Assembly: GCA_043788625.1 (NCBI GenBank)
Contig: JAYVTR010000147.1
Coordinates: forward strand, 1-46,702
Direction of reading: 5' to 3'
DNA: 46,702 nucleotides
DNA from: Planctomycetota bacterium
GTDB taxonomy: Bacteria; Planctomycetota; UBA11346
The notes beneath the pieces are model-generated. The model was given only the letters and a program-made list of their open reading frames with translations, was not told the DNA's origin and made no database searches. Positions 28,824-38,946 of the stretch are shown in pieces. Numbering within the stretch: position 1 is the stretch's first letter; each line of letters starts with the position of its first letter. The translations under genes and the position numbers were made by a program.

Positions 28824-28940
28824 GGCAGAATCCTTAATGGGCCGTGGTGGTCAGAAATGCTCGGGTTTCCCCGTCAGCGCTGGGATCAGATGGATAATGT
28901 ATGATCATTGCATGGCACTTCGCAAGCGGACGCTAACGAT

Positions 28941-29864
28941 ATGACTTGGACTTTTCCGATTCAGCAGGTGCCGCTAACGGCACCTTCGGTTCCACAATTG
29001 CGCCAGTTTGTCAGGCAGGCTCTGCAAGGCATCGCCACGCAGGTGCGGCAGGGTGGTTGTCCGGTCAACATCGCGCCGGCGCCGGCGGTTCCGGTCGGTG
29101 GTTGGAACCATTGGCATCCCTGGCCTGAATTATTTCTGCAGCTCGTTGGAGCTAGCCATTTCACCACTCCGGTGGGCGAGCTTACCGTCACCAGCGGCAC
29201 CTGTCTGGTGATGCCGCCGCTGTTTGCGCATAATGAACACTGCAACCTTCCCGCAGACTCATTCTGCAACGTGGTGTTCACCCTCTTTGACCGGCGTCTG
29301 ACCTATCACTTGGCCTTGCTCGATCGGACGGGCGCGCATGTCGGCCGACCACGCGTGGCTCAGCCGGATCTGATCGAGCCAGCCGACTATCAACTGGGCT
29401 TGGCGAGCTTGATGGGACTGTCCAAGGCCGGTGACGTGGAAGATGCCCGCGCTGGCTGGCTGCTGGCCTTTTGCACCTGGGCCATCAACGCCATTGCCGC
29501 TGCTCCGCCCACGGGGTTCACTGGTTCAGAGCGCGTCCGCCGCACTCAGGAACTGGTACATGCCCGCCTCGGTTCGCCACAATTGTCGGTGGTGCAGTTG
29601 GGAGCCTGGCTTGGCTGTCATCACGATCATCTGGCGCGCTTGTTCCGTCATGAGACCGGCGAGACGGTAGTCGGCCATATCCGTCGCCTACGCTTAGAGC
29701 GGGCACGCGACCTATTGGCAGACCGTACCTTGCGTATCGCCGACGTCGCTCGTCTGGTGGGCCTGCCGGACCCCGCTTATTTCAGTCGTATCTATCGGCA
29801 GGCTTATGGCATCCCACCTGCCGCCGCGCGGCGGGCGGTATTGGGCCAGGTGCGAGGACCCTGA
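28941..29864 (+). CDS. AraC family transcriptional regulator
   Basis: Cupin HWHPWPE and C-terminal [25 protein letters not shown]. Divergent from thuA. Alternative start 28908. Confidence 0.9.
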   Translation: MTWTFPIQQVPLTAPSVPQLRQFVRQALQGIATQVRQGGCPVNIAPAPAVPVGGWNHWHPWPELFLQLVGASHFTTPVGELTVTSGTCLVMPPLFAHNEHCNLPADSFCNVVFTLFDRRLTYHLALLDRTGAHVGRPRVAQPDLIEPADYQLGLASLMGLSKAGDVEDARAGWLLAFCTWAINAIAAAPPTGFTGSERVRRTQELVHARLGSPQLSVVQLGAWLGCHHDHLARLFRHETGETVVGHIRRLRLERARDLLADRTLRIADVARLVGLPDPAYFSRIYRQAYGIPPAAARRAVLGQVRGP

Positions 29865-29910
29865 GCCGAGAGCCTGTTGTCCGGGTGGTTTTAGGTCCAT
29901 TATCGGCGGC

Positions 29911-31110
29911 ATGCAACCAGCTCAGACCATGCCTGACGCCCGTGGCCGATTCGGAAAATTTGGCGGTCGCTATGTTCCCGAGACCCTGATTCCGGTCTTG
30001 GACGATATCACCCGCATCTATGCCGAAGCCAAACAAGATCCGGCCTTCCAGGCCGAGCTGCATCGCCTGCTGGTCGAATTCGTCGGCCGTCCGACACAGC
30101 TGACCTTCGCCGGTAAATTGTCGGCGATGTATAAGCGTAAGATCTATCTCAAACGCGAAGACCTCTGCCACACCGGTGCGCATAAGATCAATAATGCGCT
30201 GGGCCAAGCGCTGTTGGCTAAACGTATCGGAAAAAACCGCATCATCGCCGAAACCGGTGCTGGCCAGCATGGCGTGGCGACGGCGACGGCATGTGCCCTG
30301 CTTGGCTTGCAATGCCGCGTCTATATGGGTACGGAAGACATGCGCCGGCAGGCACCGAATGTCTTCCGCATGAAATTGCTGGGCACGGAAGTGGTCGGCG
30401 TTGAAAGCGGCACCAAGACTCTCAAAGATGCGGTGAACGAAGCCTTGCGCGATTGGGTTACCAACCCCACGACCACGCATTACATCATCGGTTCAGCGCT
30501 CGGGCCGCATCCGTATCCATTGATGGTGCGTGATTTCCAATCGGTGATCGGGCGCGAAGCCAAGCGTCAGATCCTGGAACGCGAGGGGCGTCTGCCTGAT
30601 CTGTTGCTGGCGTGCGTCGGCGGCGGTTCGAATTCGATCGGCTTGTTCCATCCGTTCATCGACGATAGCCGCGTGCGCCTGGTGGGCGTTGAAGCCGGGG
30701 GCTATGGCCCCAATCTCGGCGAACACGCGGCCCGTTTTGAAGGCGGCCGCTTCGGCGTTTTCCAAGGCATGGCGAGTTACGTCCTGCAAGATGACGATGG
30801 CCAGGTGGTGGGTACGCACTCGGTAAGCGCCGGTCTCGACTACGCCTCAATCGGACCCGAACATGCGTGGTTGCGTGATCTGGGACGCGCTGAATACCTG
30901 CGCTGCAGCGACAGCGAAGCCCTGCGTGGCGTGCATCTGCTTGCCGAAACCGAGGGCATCATCCCGGCGCTGGAAAGCGCGCATGCCATCGGCGTCCTCG
31001 AAAAAATCGCGGCGACCGTGCCTGAGAACGGCATCATCATCGTCAACATCAGCGGCCGTGGCGATAAAGACGTAGCCGAGATCGCTCGCACCGAAGGTGT
31101 GACCTTCTAA
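29911..31110 (+). CDS. trpB: Tryptophan synthase beta chain
   Basis: [28 protein letters not shown] (PLP Lys), [21 protein letters not shown]. Confidence 0.97.
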   Translation: MQPAQTMPDARGRFGKFGGRYVPETLIPVLDDITRIYAEAKQDPAFQAELHRLLVEFVGRPTQLTFAGKLSAMYKRKIYLKREDLCHTGAHKINNALGQALLAKRIGKNRIIAETGAGQHGVATATACALLGLQCRVYMGTEDMRRQAPNVFRMKLLGTEVVGVESGTKTLKDAVNEALRDWVTNPTTTHYIIGSALGPHPYPLMVRDFQSVIGREAKRQILEREGRLPDLLLACVGGGSNSIGLFHPFIDDSRVRLVGVEAGGYGPNLGEHAARFEGGRFGVFQGMASYVLQDDDGQVVGTHSVSAGLDYASIGPEHAWLRDLGRAEYLRCSDSEALRGVHLLAETEGIIPALESAHAIGVLEKIAATVPENGIIIVNISGRGDKDVAEIARTEGVTF

Positions 31111-31193
31111 GGACGCGATCTCGGCATAGGTCCAGCCCAAGTCGTTGACGCCATTCGGCGGTCAGATCAGTTCCAGACCCTGATTGAGCGGTA

Positions 31194-32345
31194 TCAGAAA
31201 CGCAAGAGCGCCGCGATGTCGCTGTGCTCAGGCATTTCGGCGACTGGCAAGACCTGCACGTGGGCATGGCTCGCCAGGCCCTGGATGATGGCGATATTGA
31301 GCAGGTCGTCGTCTTGGCACAGGCGTGGATGGTGCTCATGCAGCTTATCATTGCGCACGTCATAGGTGCCCCAACGTTCGCGACCACTGGCGACGAAGAG
31401 GGTTTCAACACGGCCCTGAAAAAGCGCGCGCAACACCAACGCCAACCTATGAGCAACCAGGTGACTGCCACGTAGATGCTCATAGCGAGCATAAACTGCG
31501 CGATCAGCCAACTGAAATTGTGGGCCAACCACATCCCAGGCACGTTGATGCAGCTCATCAGTCGTGAGCAGATCGGTATTGAGCGGAAGACCCGTCTGGA
31601 GCAACTGCGGATATCGGCTGACTTCGCGATAGAGCGGTAAAAGGTATTCGACTCCCACAATGATCAGCGGCATACGTTCAGTGGTAAAAAGCAGGTTGCA
31701 GAGATAGGCATCGATTCGTCGAAAAAAATGGCGCAGGTGCTCCTTTTCATCATCTTCGCCGGAAGTGCCAAAGTGACGGTCGGCGGTCGGCGCATCGCTG
31801 AGTTCGATTGGTGCCAATGAAAAACGTGATCCTGTGTATAAACACACGCCGTGTGCGGCGAGGTCGAGCAGATGAAACTGACCCTCGCCCTGCAGCAACG
31901 GCAACAGCGGTTTGAGGTGACAGCGATCGTTCACCACCACCTGTGTCGACGGTGCTGCGGCAAGCCACACCGGGTGCATCCCCTTATCGGTGCAAAAAAG
32001 TGCTGCCCCAGCCGGCGGATACGGCCCTGACCGTGGGGCGGCCAGCAAACGAGTGGCTGGTGCAAGAATGGCATCTGCACGTTGCGGGGCGCTTGCCCAC
32101 GCGAGTAGGTCACGGGCCTCGCTGAGAAGGTTCTTTATATTGTCGTGCGTCGATGGGTGGCCGCTGCCGGCAGGATGGGTTGGTGCAAACAGCGACGCCG
32201 TCAGCGTGGGTAGACGCGCGGCCAGCTCGAGAATTGCGTTGCTACTCAACGTCGAGGCAGCGCCAAAGGTTGGATGCGGTTGGCGTGGTGCAGGCGCGAC
32301 GGCGAAAGGATACAGTGAGGGCATTCTTGAAATCGGCATCCACAT
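31194..32345 (-). CDS. Bacterial archaeo-eukaryotic release factor-like protein (baeRF3/7-type)
   Basis: HLKPLLPLL, FFRRIDAYL, PLIIVGVEYLLPLYREVSRYPQL, GRVETLFV, DDDLLN, MP...IAALLRF terminus. Confidence 0.8.
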   Translation of the reverse strand: MWMPISRMPSLYPFAVAPAPRQPHPTFGAASTLSSNAILELAARLPTLTASLFAPTHPAGSGHPSTHDNIKNLLSEARDLLAWASAPQRADAILAPATRLLAAPRSGPYPPAGAALFCTDKGMHPVWLAAAPSTQVVVNDRCHLKPLLPLLQGEGQFHLLDLAAHGVCLYTGSRFSLAPIELSDAPTADRHFGTSGEDDEKEHLRHFFRRIDAYLCNLLFTTERMPLIIVGVEYLLPLYREVSRYPQLLQTGLPLNTDLLTTDELHQRAWDVVGPQFQLADRAVYARYEHLRGSHLVAHRLALVLRALFQGRVETLFVASGRERWGTYDVRNDKLHEHHPRLCQDDDLLNIAIIQGLASHAHVQVLPVAEMPEHSDIAALLRF

Positions 32346-32377
32346 GGAGGGAGCTGAAGCGATTCAACTAATCCCAT

Positions 32378-32393
32378 GGCAGAAGTCATGCCT
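32378..32393 (-). promoter_or_regulatory. Possible sigma-54 (-24/-12) promoter of the baeRF gene
   Basis: Minus strand AGGCATGACTTCTGC = GG-N10-GC, next to an AT-rich upstream region. Confidence 0.35.
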
Positions 32394-32597
32394 AATATCT
32401 TCCATCACTTATAATCATCAAATAATACCAAAAATTACGGTTCTTAGATTGACGAGCATGCCGCCAAAAGAAAACCTGATGCAAAATGCAAACCAGGATG
32501 TTTCGTTTTAAGATGATTTTTATTTTTTTGTCACGGCAGTGACGGTAACTTCAATCCACTCAGGAGCCTTCAGCGATTCAGGTTCAGCGAAGCTTGC

Positions 32598-33461
32598 TTA
32601 AAGCGCGAATGGCGACTTCACAACGGTGTTGTTTTGCATGCCCAGGCCAGTTGCCGCCAACTGCAGCCTATCACCCGCTGTCAGGTATTTAGGCGTCGGC
32701 AGCATGCCCATGGCGACCCCCGCCGGGGTGCCGGTGCTGATGATCATGCCCGGTGTCAGGGTCATGAATTGACTGATGTAGGCAACGATGTGCAGGGGAT
32801 CGAATAACAGATTGCGCGTATTGCCATTCTGGCGCATCTCGTCGTTGATCAGGGTGGTCAGGGTGAGATCGCCGAGAGCGAGTTCATCGGCGGTGACCAG
32901 CCACGGGCCGACTGGGGCGAAGTGGTCATAGCTTTTGCCTTTGATCCACTGACCGCCACGGTCTTTTTGATAGTGCCTCTCGCTGACGTCATTGACCAGC
33001 ACATAGCCGGCAACCACTGCTGCGGCCTGGTCCTTGGAAAGATGGCGTGCGGTGGTGCTGATGACCAGGCCGAGTTCAACCTCGTAATCGAGGTGCTGCG
33101 AACCGGGTGGCAGATAGACGTCATCATCGGGCCCGCATACCGCACTTGGCGCCTTGCTGAACAGCACCGGCTCGCTGGGTAGCTTGGCTCCTGTTTCGCG
33201 GGCGTGATCAGCATAATTGAGACCGACGCACAACATGAACGGCGGCATCGGCACTGGGCTGCCGAGGCGTTCATCATCAGCGATCACCGGGCACTGCTCA
33301 CGATTGAGCGCATACCACGTGGCCAAGGCGGGGACCCCGCCCTTGGTGAAAAAACGCTGATCGAAATCTGCGCTGAAGCCACTCACGTCACGACGGCTGC
33401 CATCGGCATCCAAGACCGCTGGTACTTCATGCAAGGGGCGGCCGCAACGGATGAGTTTCAC
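32598..33461 (-). CDS. Fumarylacetoacetate hydrolase family protein
   Basis: CVGLNYADHARE, DYEVEL, NDVSER, WIKGKS, STGTPAGV. Confidence 0.95.
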   Translation of the reverse strand: MKLIRCGRPLHEVPAVLDADGSRRDVSGFSADFDQRFFTKGGVPALATWYALNREQCPVIADDERLGSPVPMPPFMLCVGLNYADHARETGAKLPSEPVLFSKAPSAVCGPDDDVYLPPGSQHLDYEVELGLVISTTARHLSKDQAAAVVAGYVLVNDVSERHYQKDRGGQWIKGKSYDHFAPVGPWLVTADELALGDLTLTTLINDEMRQNGNTRNLLFDPLHIVAYISQFMTLTPGMIISTGTPAGVAMGMLPTPKYLTAGDRLQLAATGLGMQNNTVVKSPFAL

Positions 33462-33463
33462 CT

Positions 33464-35425
33464 TCAGGCCCCGAGCTTGGTGCGCCGTTCGATCAATTCG
33501 GTCACCACCGACGGATCAGCCAAGGTTGAGATATCCCCGAGATTGTCGGTCTCCTGCGCGGCGATCTTGCGCAGGAGGCGGCGCATGATTTTGCCGGAGC
33601 GGGTCTTGGGCAGACCGGTGGTGATGAGGATCTTGTCGGGGGTGGCGATCGGCCCGATATGATGGCGCACTTCGGCGATCAGCTGCTTGATCAGTTCCGG
33701 ACTTTCGTTGAAGCCCGTCTTGAGGATGACATAGGCAAAAATGCCCTGACCCTTGATCTCGTGCGGGTAACCGCAGACCGCGGCTTCGGCCACCGCAGCA
33801 TGCGCTACGAGGGCGCTTTCGACTTCGGCAGTACCCATGCGATGGCCTGAGACGTTGATCACGTCATCGACGCGCCCAGTGATCCAGTAGAAGCCGTCGG
33901 CGTCGCGGCGGCAGCCGTCGCCGGTGAAATAATACCCAGGGAAAGGCTTGAAGTAGGTTTCCAGATAGCGCTGGTGGTCACCATAGATGGTGCGCGCGAT
34001 GCCCGGCCAGCTGGCCTTGAAGGCGAGGACGCCGTTGACGTCGTTGCCGATCAATTCAACGCCTTTTTCATCGAGCACCGCCGGCTGCACGCCGAAGAAC
34101 GGCAGGGTTGCGGCACCCGGCTTCATCGGAATCGCCCCGGGCAGGGGGGTGATCATGTGACCACCGGTTTCGGTTTGCCAATAAGTATCGGAGATGGCGC
34201 AACGGCTTTCACCAACGACTTCGAAATACCAGCGCCAGGCTTCGGGATTGATCGGCTCGCCGACCGAGCCCAGTACGCGCAGCGAGCTGCGATCGTAGCG
34301 CTTCACCGGTTCATCGCCGTCGCGCATGATAGCGCGGATGGCGGTGGGCGCGGTATAGAATTGGGTGATGCGGTGGCGTTGCACCATGTCCCAATAACGG
34401 CCCGAATCCGGATAGGTGGGGATGCCTTCGAACATGAAGGTGGTGCCGCCATTGCACAGCGGGCCATAGATCACGTAGCTGTGACCGGTGACCCAGCCGA
34501 CGTCGGCCATACACGCGAAGATGTCGCCCTCACGATAATCGAAGACGTACTTCTGGGTCATCGCCGCAAACAGCAGGTATCCGGCCGAGGTGTGGGCGAT
34601 GCCCTTGGGTTTGCCGGTCGAACCCGAGGTGTACAGCAGGAAGAGGATGTCCTCGCTGTCGACGGGTACGGCCGGGCAATAGGGACGACGGCTGGCGACG
34701 GCTTCATGCCACCAGATGTCGCGCCCTTCGCGCATGGTGACGGCGCCACCGGTGCGGCGATGAACGATCACCGTGCCGACATTCGGGCAGTGGGCGAGGG
34801 CGGCATCGGCGGTGCTTTTCAGCGGCACGGTCTTGGCGCCGCGCAGGCCTTCGTCGGCGGTGATCAGGACGCGGCAGTCAGAATCGAGGATGCGATCGCG
34901 CACTGATTCGGCACTGAAGCCACCGAAGATGACGCTATGGATGGCACCGATGCGGGCGCACGCAAGCATAGCCATGGCGGCTTCGGGAATCATTGGCATG
35001 TAGATGGCGACGCGGTCGCCTTTCTTCACGCCCCGGCCTTTGAGCACGTTGGCCAGGCGGCACACCTCGCGGTGCAGTTCGCGGTAGGTGATGCGCCGCA
35101 CATCGCCGGGGGCATCGCCTTCCCAGAGGATCGCGACTTGTTCGCCGCGCGTCTTGAGATGGCGATCAAGGCAGTTTTCTGAGACATTCAGCTGTCCGCC
35201 GAGAAACCATGCGTGGTAGCCGTCTTTAAAGTCGACGTCCTGCACCGAGTCGAAGTCTCGCTTCCAATGCAGGAATTCGCGGGCTTTGTCCCCCCAAAAA
35301 CCATCGGGGTCACGGACACTGCGATCGTAGAGTGCCTGGTATTCCGCCATGCCAGAAATGTGCGAGCCCTGACGGGCACGTTCGATCACTGGATAAACGT
35401 CTTTAAGCGGCACGGGATTTGACAT
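33464..35425 (-). CDS. acs: Acetyl-CoA synthetase
   Basis: [45 protein letters not shown]. Start at ATG 35425. Confidence 0.97.
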   Translation of the reverse strand: MSNPVPLKDVYPVIERARQGSHISGMAEYQALYDRSVRDPDGFWGDKAREFLHWKRDFDSVQDVDFKDGYHAWFLGGQLNVSENCLDRHLKTRGEQVAILWEGDAPGDVRRITYRELHREVCRLANVLKGRGVKKGDRVAIYMPMIPEAAMAMLACARIGAIHSVIFGGFSAESVRDRILDSDCRVLITADEGLRGAKTVPLKSTADAALAHCPNVGTVIVHRRTGGAVTMREGRDIWWHEAVASRRPYCPAVPVDSEDILFLLYTSGSTGKPKGIAHTSAGYLLFAAMTQKYVFDYREGDIFACMADVGWVTGHSYVIYGPLCNGGTTFMFEGIPTYPDSGRYWDMVQRHRITQFYTAPTAIRAIMRDGDEPVKRYDRSSLRVLGSVGEPINPEAWRWYFEVVGESRCAISDTYWQTETGGHMITPLPGAIPMKPGAATLPFFGVQPAVLDEKGVELIGNDVNGVLAFKASWPGIARTIYGDHQRYLETYFKPFPGYYFTGDGCRRDADGFYWITGRVDDVINVSGHRMGTAEVESALVAHAAVAEAAVCGYPHEIKGQGIFAYVILKTGFNESPELIKQLIAEVRHHIGPIATPDKILITTGLPKTRSGKIMRRLLRKIAAQETDNLGDISTLADPSVVTELIERRTKLGA

Positions 35426-35551
35426 GGATTGCAGGATGTCGTCTGAACGTTTGCGTCCAGTCTGATGCATGGGCCGTGTCCTGTCATGCATCAGTCGCAT
35501 GGATCCATACGCCAAAAGCGTCTTTACCCCTTTTATGGCAGCAAGGCAAGC

Positions 35552-36757
35552 TCAGCCGGGAGCGAGAATTTTCCACCGTTCGTGCAACAATTTCACGGCT
35601 TCAGCCGGGGCGAGGGCCGTCCATGTCTGGCCTTGGAGGTTAGCCAAGCCGAGTCGGGCCAACTTCTGCAGGGCATCATCGACTTCGAAATCGAGGGGCG
35701 TCTGAAGACGTTGCACAAACCAGTTTTCCACCCGCGTATCCAACTCCGCCTCGGTCGACGGGCCGCTGAGCAGAAAGCGATAAGCGAGCACGGCTTCCTT
35801 GATGTCTTCTTCTTGCGCGTCATCCAAGACGCGGTGGAAAGCACCGGCGTTGTTGTCGAGATTGCGAAAGAATAGATTATCGGCGAGGGCTTGCAGGAAT
35901 TGAATCTTCTTGAACTTGTAGCGACCGAATTGGCGACTGACGAACATCGCTAGGGTAAAGGCCGCCACCGCCAAGCCCGCCCAAAGTGCACCATTGATGG
36001 CCGGCGAATCGGGATGCAGGCCCATCCAGTGCTTGAGCAGCAGCAGCAAGAGTGTTGCCGAGCCCGCGATTTTTATGGCGATGCCGATGAAACCGGCAAT
36101 GGCCGGCACGCCGATCACTAATTTATCCATGGTCTTCATGCGCACTTCGCTGTTGGGAAACAGCATTTCAATGTCGGCGGCAGGAACGTTGGCGAAGAGC
36201 TTTAATTGCGTCGTGTCGGGTTTGAACGGCAGCGCCTTCGATTTTTTCTTGGCCGCGAAATAGGCCGCATCCTGAAAATGAACGTACATCAGAACGCGTT
36301 CAAAATAGGTGACGTCGAGCGTACGCTTTTTCAATCCGAACCAGCTGCTGATGGTTTCTTGGCGCTGGCGCTGACCGCGGGTGTAAATAGTAAGTTCGCG
36401 AAAGTCAGTCAGGGCGGTATGGAGCTTGACCTGGAACAACGACTCTGCCGTCAGCGCATGGTCCAGTTCGGCTTGGCTGAGGGCACGATAATTGGCGCGC
36501 TCTAAAAGACCTTTCAACTCGTGAGAAAAAGCACCCGGTTCGCACCGCACTGCCGCATCGGATATCGGCTTGGTGTCGGCATTGGGGTCCATGCCGTGAT
36601 ACAGATCCTTCAGACGGTCAAGGCGGTCCTGAAACTCCTGCCGCAGGATGAGCGACATCAGTGTCAGCGTTTTGGCAAAGGCATCGCCCCCCGGAGCGCC
36701 TTCATAGGCGAGACGCGCGATGTCGGTTTGGCGAAAGGGTATGAAGTGGTCGGTCAC
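35552..36757 (-). CDS. DUF3754/TMEM143 family membrane protein
   Basis: HFIPFR, LKLFANVPAADIEMLFP, two TM segments, LFFRNLDNNAG, EEDIKEAVLAY, DFEVDDALQKLARLGL. Confidence 0.85.
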   Translation of the reverse strand: MTDHFIPFRQTDIARLAYEGAPGGDAFAKTLTLMSLILRQEFQDRLDRLKDLYHGMDPNADTKPISDAAVRCEPGAFSHELKGLLERANYRALSQAELDHALTAESLFQVKLHTALTDFRELTIYTRGQRQRQETISSWFGLKKRTLDVTYFERVLMYVHFQDAAYFAAKKKSKALPFKPDTTQLKLFANVPAADIEMLFPNSEVRMKTMDKLVIGVPAIAGFIGIAIKIAGSATLLLLLLKHWMGLHPDSPAINGALWAGLAVAAFTLAMFVSRQFGRYKFKKIQFLQALADNLFFRNLDNNAGAFHRVLDDAQEEDIKEAVLAYRFLLSGPSTEAELDTRVENWFVQRLQTPLDFEVDDALQKLARLGLANLQGQTWTALAPAEAVKLLHERWKILAPG

Positions 36758-37398
36758 GGTGCAGTCGGGGTTGTCTTGGGCTGAAAAAGTTTTTGTAGAT
36801 TGGCGCGGTGCTTAATCACCACCAATGCGGCGAGTAAAATCAGGAATATGGTAATCGGGAGTTCGTTAGGCGACCATGGCTCGGGGCAGGTAATGGTAAG
36901 GAACAGCCGCGTCGGCGGCACCGCCAAGGCGGCGATCACCGAGGCCAGGCCCACTGCCCCCGCTTTGCCGAGCTTGCCGAGTTTCCAACCCAGGCCCCAG
37001 GCGATCACCCACACCCCCAAAGCGATTGCCGCCACCGGCCACACCAGAGCGGCGAGGACGCCGAGTGAAGTCGCCACCGCCTTGCCGCCTTTGAAGCCGT
37101 GGAAGCAGGTCAGCACATGACCGAGGATGGCGGCGGTGGCGGTGGCCAACAACAGCCAGGAACGTTGTTCAGGCGGGCATGGCAGCAGGTGGGCGGCCAA
37201 TACCGGAAGGAAGCCCTTGAACACGTCGGCGCTGAACACTGCGGCAAACCACTTGCCGCCCAAAACTCGGCCGGCATTGGTCGCGCCAAGATTCCCCGAG
37301 CCATGCTGGCGCAAGTCGACGCCATTTATGCGACCGGCCAGATAGGCAAAGCTCACCGACCCCAAAAGGTAGGTAATGGGTATCAGCAGCCAGTGCAT
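36754..37398 (-). CDS. plsY: Glycerol-3-phosphate acyltransferase PlsY
   Basis: YLLGS, GSGNLGATNAGR, DVFKG, GH...FKGGKAVAT, KHRANL. Confidence 0.95.
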   Translation of the reverse strand: MHWLLIPITYLLGSVSFAYLAGRINGVDLRQHGSGNLGATNAGRVLGGKWFAAVFSADVFKGFLPVLAAHLLPCPPEQRSWLLLATATAAILGHVLTCFHGFKGGKAVATSLGVLAALVWPVAAIALGVWVIAWGLGWKLGKLGKAGAVGLASVIAALAVPPTRLFLTITCPEPWSPNELPITIFLILLAALVVIKHRANLQKLFQPKTTPTAP

Positions 37399-37410
37399 CG
37401 CCCCGGTTCC

Positions 37411-38919
37411 TTAGCCGTCTTCGCGATCTTTGTCATCCAGCGGCGCTTGATCGCTGGCTGGGGCTTCACGGTCGGGACGGAACTTGCGCGTCGTACGCTT
37501 CGAACGCAGAGGGATGACCAGGCTCGCCGTGCGGTCGGCTTTGTTACGGCCTTTAACGACGCGGCGTTCATCGAGTCCGTCGTGGAACTTCGACTCACGG
37601 GCCTTGAACAAGATGCGTAGGGGAATGCGTTTGAACGGTAGGCGTTCGCGGAGGAAGCTTTCCAGATAGCGCGGATAGTTCGGTTCGATCCAGTCCGTGC
37701 GGTTGACGAAAAAGATGAACGTCGGCGGCCGCTCGGCAGCCTGCGTGCCGTAATAGATCTTGGTCGGTTGGGCGCCCATCTTTTTCGGACGGCGGCGGGC
37801 GACGGCGGCTTCAATCAGCTCGTTGACCTCGTGGGTGGTGACGCGGGCCTTGGTTTCTTCCTGTAAATCCTTGGCGGTCTTCAGCAATGTTTCGACCTGA
37901 TAACCGGTGAGGGCACAGGTGAAGATCACCGGCGCATAGCGCAGGCCGGGCAGGCGATCGCGTAGCCAGATGGTGTATTCATCACGTGTAGCGCCGCCGG
38001 CTTCGGCCAGATCCCACTTATTGATGACGATCAGGGTGGGCTTGGCTTCAACCTCGCAAAAATGCGCGATCTTCTTGTCCATCATGCTCAGCTCGTCGGA
38101 AGCATCGATGATCAGCATGATCACGTGCGAACGGCGGATGGCGCGTTCGGTACGGCAGGCGGCGTAGAACTCGATGTCGTCCTCGATGTTGCCTTTTTTG
38201 CGCAAACCAGCGGTATCGATCAAGGTGAATAGGCCGATTTCACGATCGAGCGGAATATCGATAGCATCGCGGGTGGTGCCCGGCAAGTCAGCGACAATCA
38301 CCCGGCTTTCACCGCACAGAGCATTGGTCAGGCTTGATTTGCCAACGTTGCGTCGTCCGGCGAGGCAGACTTTGATACGCGTATCATCGTCGGGGTCTTC
38401 TTCGGCTGCTCCATCATCGATGGCGGCTGGCATATCGTGGCACAAGGCTTGCAGCAAATCGTGCAGACCGGTGGCCTGCGCCGCACTGATGCCCAACGGC
38501 TCGCCCAGGCCGAGCGCCGAGAAGACGTGGACTTCATGCTCGAACTTATCGTGGTCGATCTTGTTGACCGCCAGCACCACCTTGTGCTTGAGCGGGCGCA
38601 GCTTGTTGGCGATCTCCCGGTCAAGATGGGCGATGCCTTCACGGCCATCGACCATGAACAGGATGCGATCCGCAGTTCCGATGGCACGCTCGACTTGCTG
38701 ATAGACGTCAGCTTCAAGCTTGGCTTGGTCGACAATGCCGATGCCACCGGTATCGATGATGTCGAAACGGTACCCGTCGCGACGCACTTCATGCAGCAAG
38801 CGATCGCGCGTCACGCCCGGGGTCGGGTCGACGATCGCAATCGGCTGGCCGACGAGACGGTTGAATAAGGAGGATTTGCCGACATTGGGTCGACCGACAA
38901 TCGCGATAGTAGGACGCAT
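37411..38919 (-). CDS. der: Ribosome biogenesis GTPase Der (EngA)
   Basis: Two G domains (GRPNVGKS/DTGG/NKID and GRRNVGKS/DTAG/NKWD) and KH-like C-terminal domain; charged C-terminal extension. Confidence 0.96.
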   Translation of the reverse strand: MRPTIAIVGRPNVGKSSLFNRLVGQPIAIVDPTPGVTRDRLLHEVRRDGYRFDIIDTGGIGIVDQAKLEADVYQQVERAIGTADRILFMVDGREGIAHLDREIANKLRPLKHKVVLAVNKIDHDKFEHEVHVFSALGLGEPLGISAAQATGLHDLLQALCHDMPAAIDDGAAEEDPDDDTRIKVCLAGRRNVGKSSLTNALCGESRVIVADLPGTTRDAIDIPLDREIGLFTLIDTAGLRKKGNIEDDIEFYAACRTERAIRRSHVIMLIIDASDELSMMDKKIAHFCEVEAKPTLIVINKWDLAEAGGATRDEYTIWLRDRLPGLRYAPVIFTCALTGYQVETLLKTAKDLQEETKARVTTHEVNELIEAAVARRRPKKMGAQPTKIYYGTQAAERPPTFIFFVNRTDWIEPNYPRYLESFLRERLPFKRIPLRILFKARESKFHDGLDERRVVKGRNKADRTASLVIPLRSKRTTRKFRPDREAPASDQAPLDDKDREDG

Positions 38920-38946
38920 GGCCCGCAATTCAGATAAAAGGGCTAA

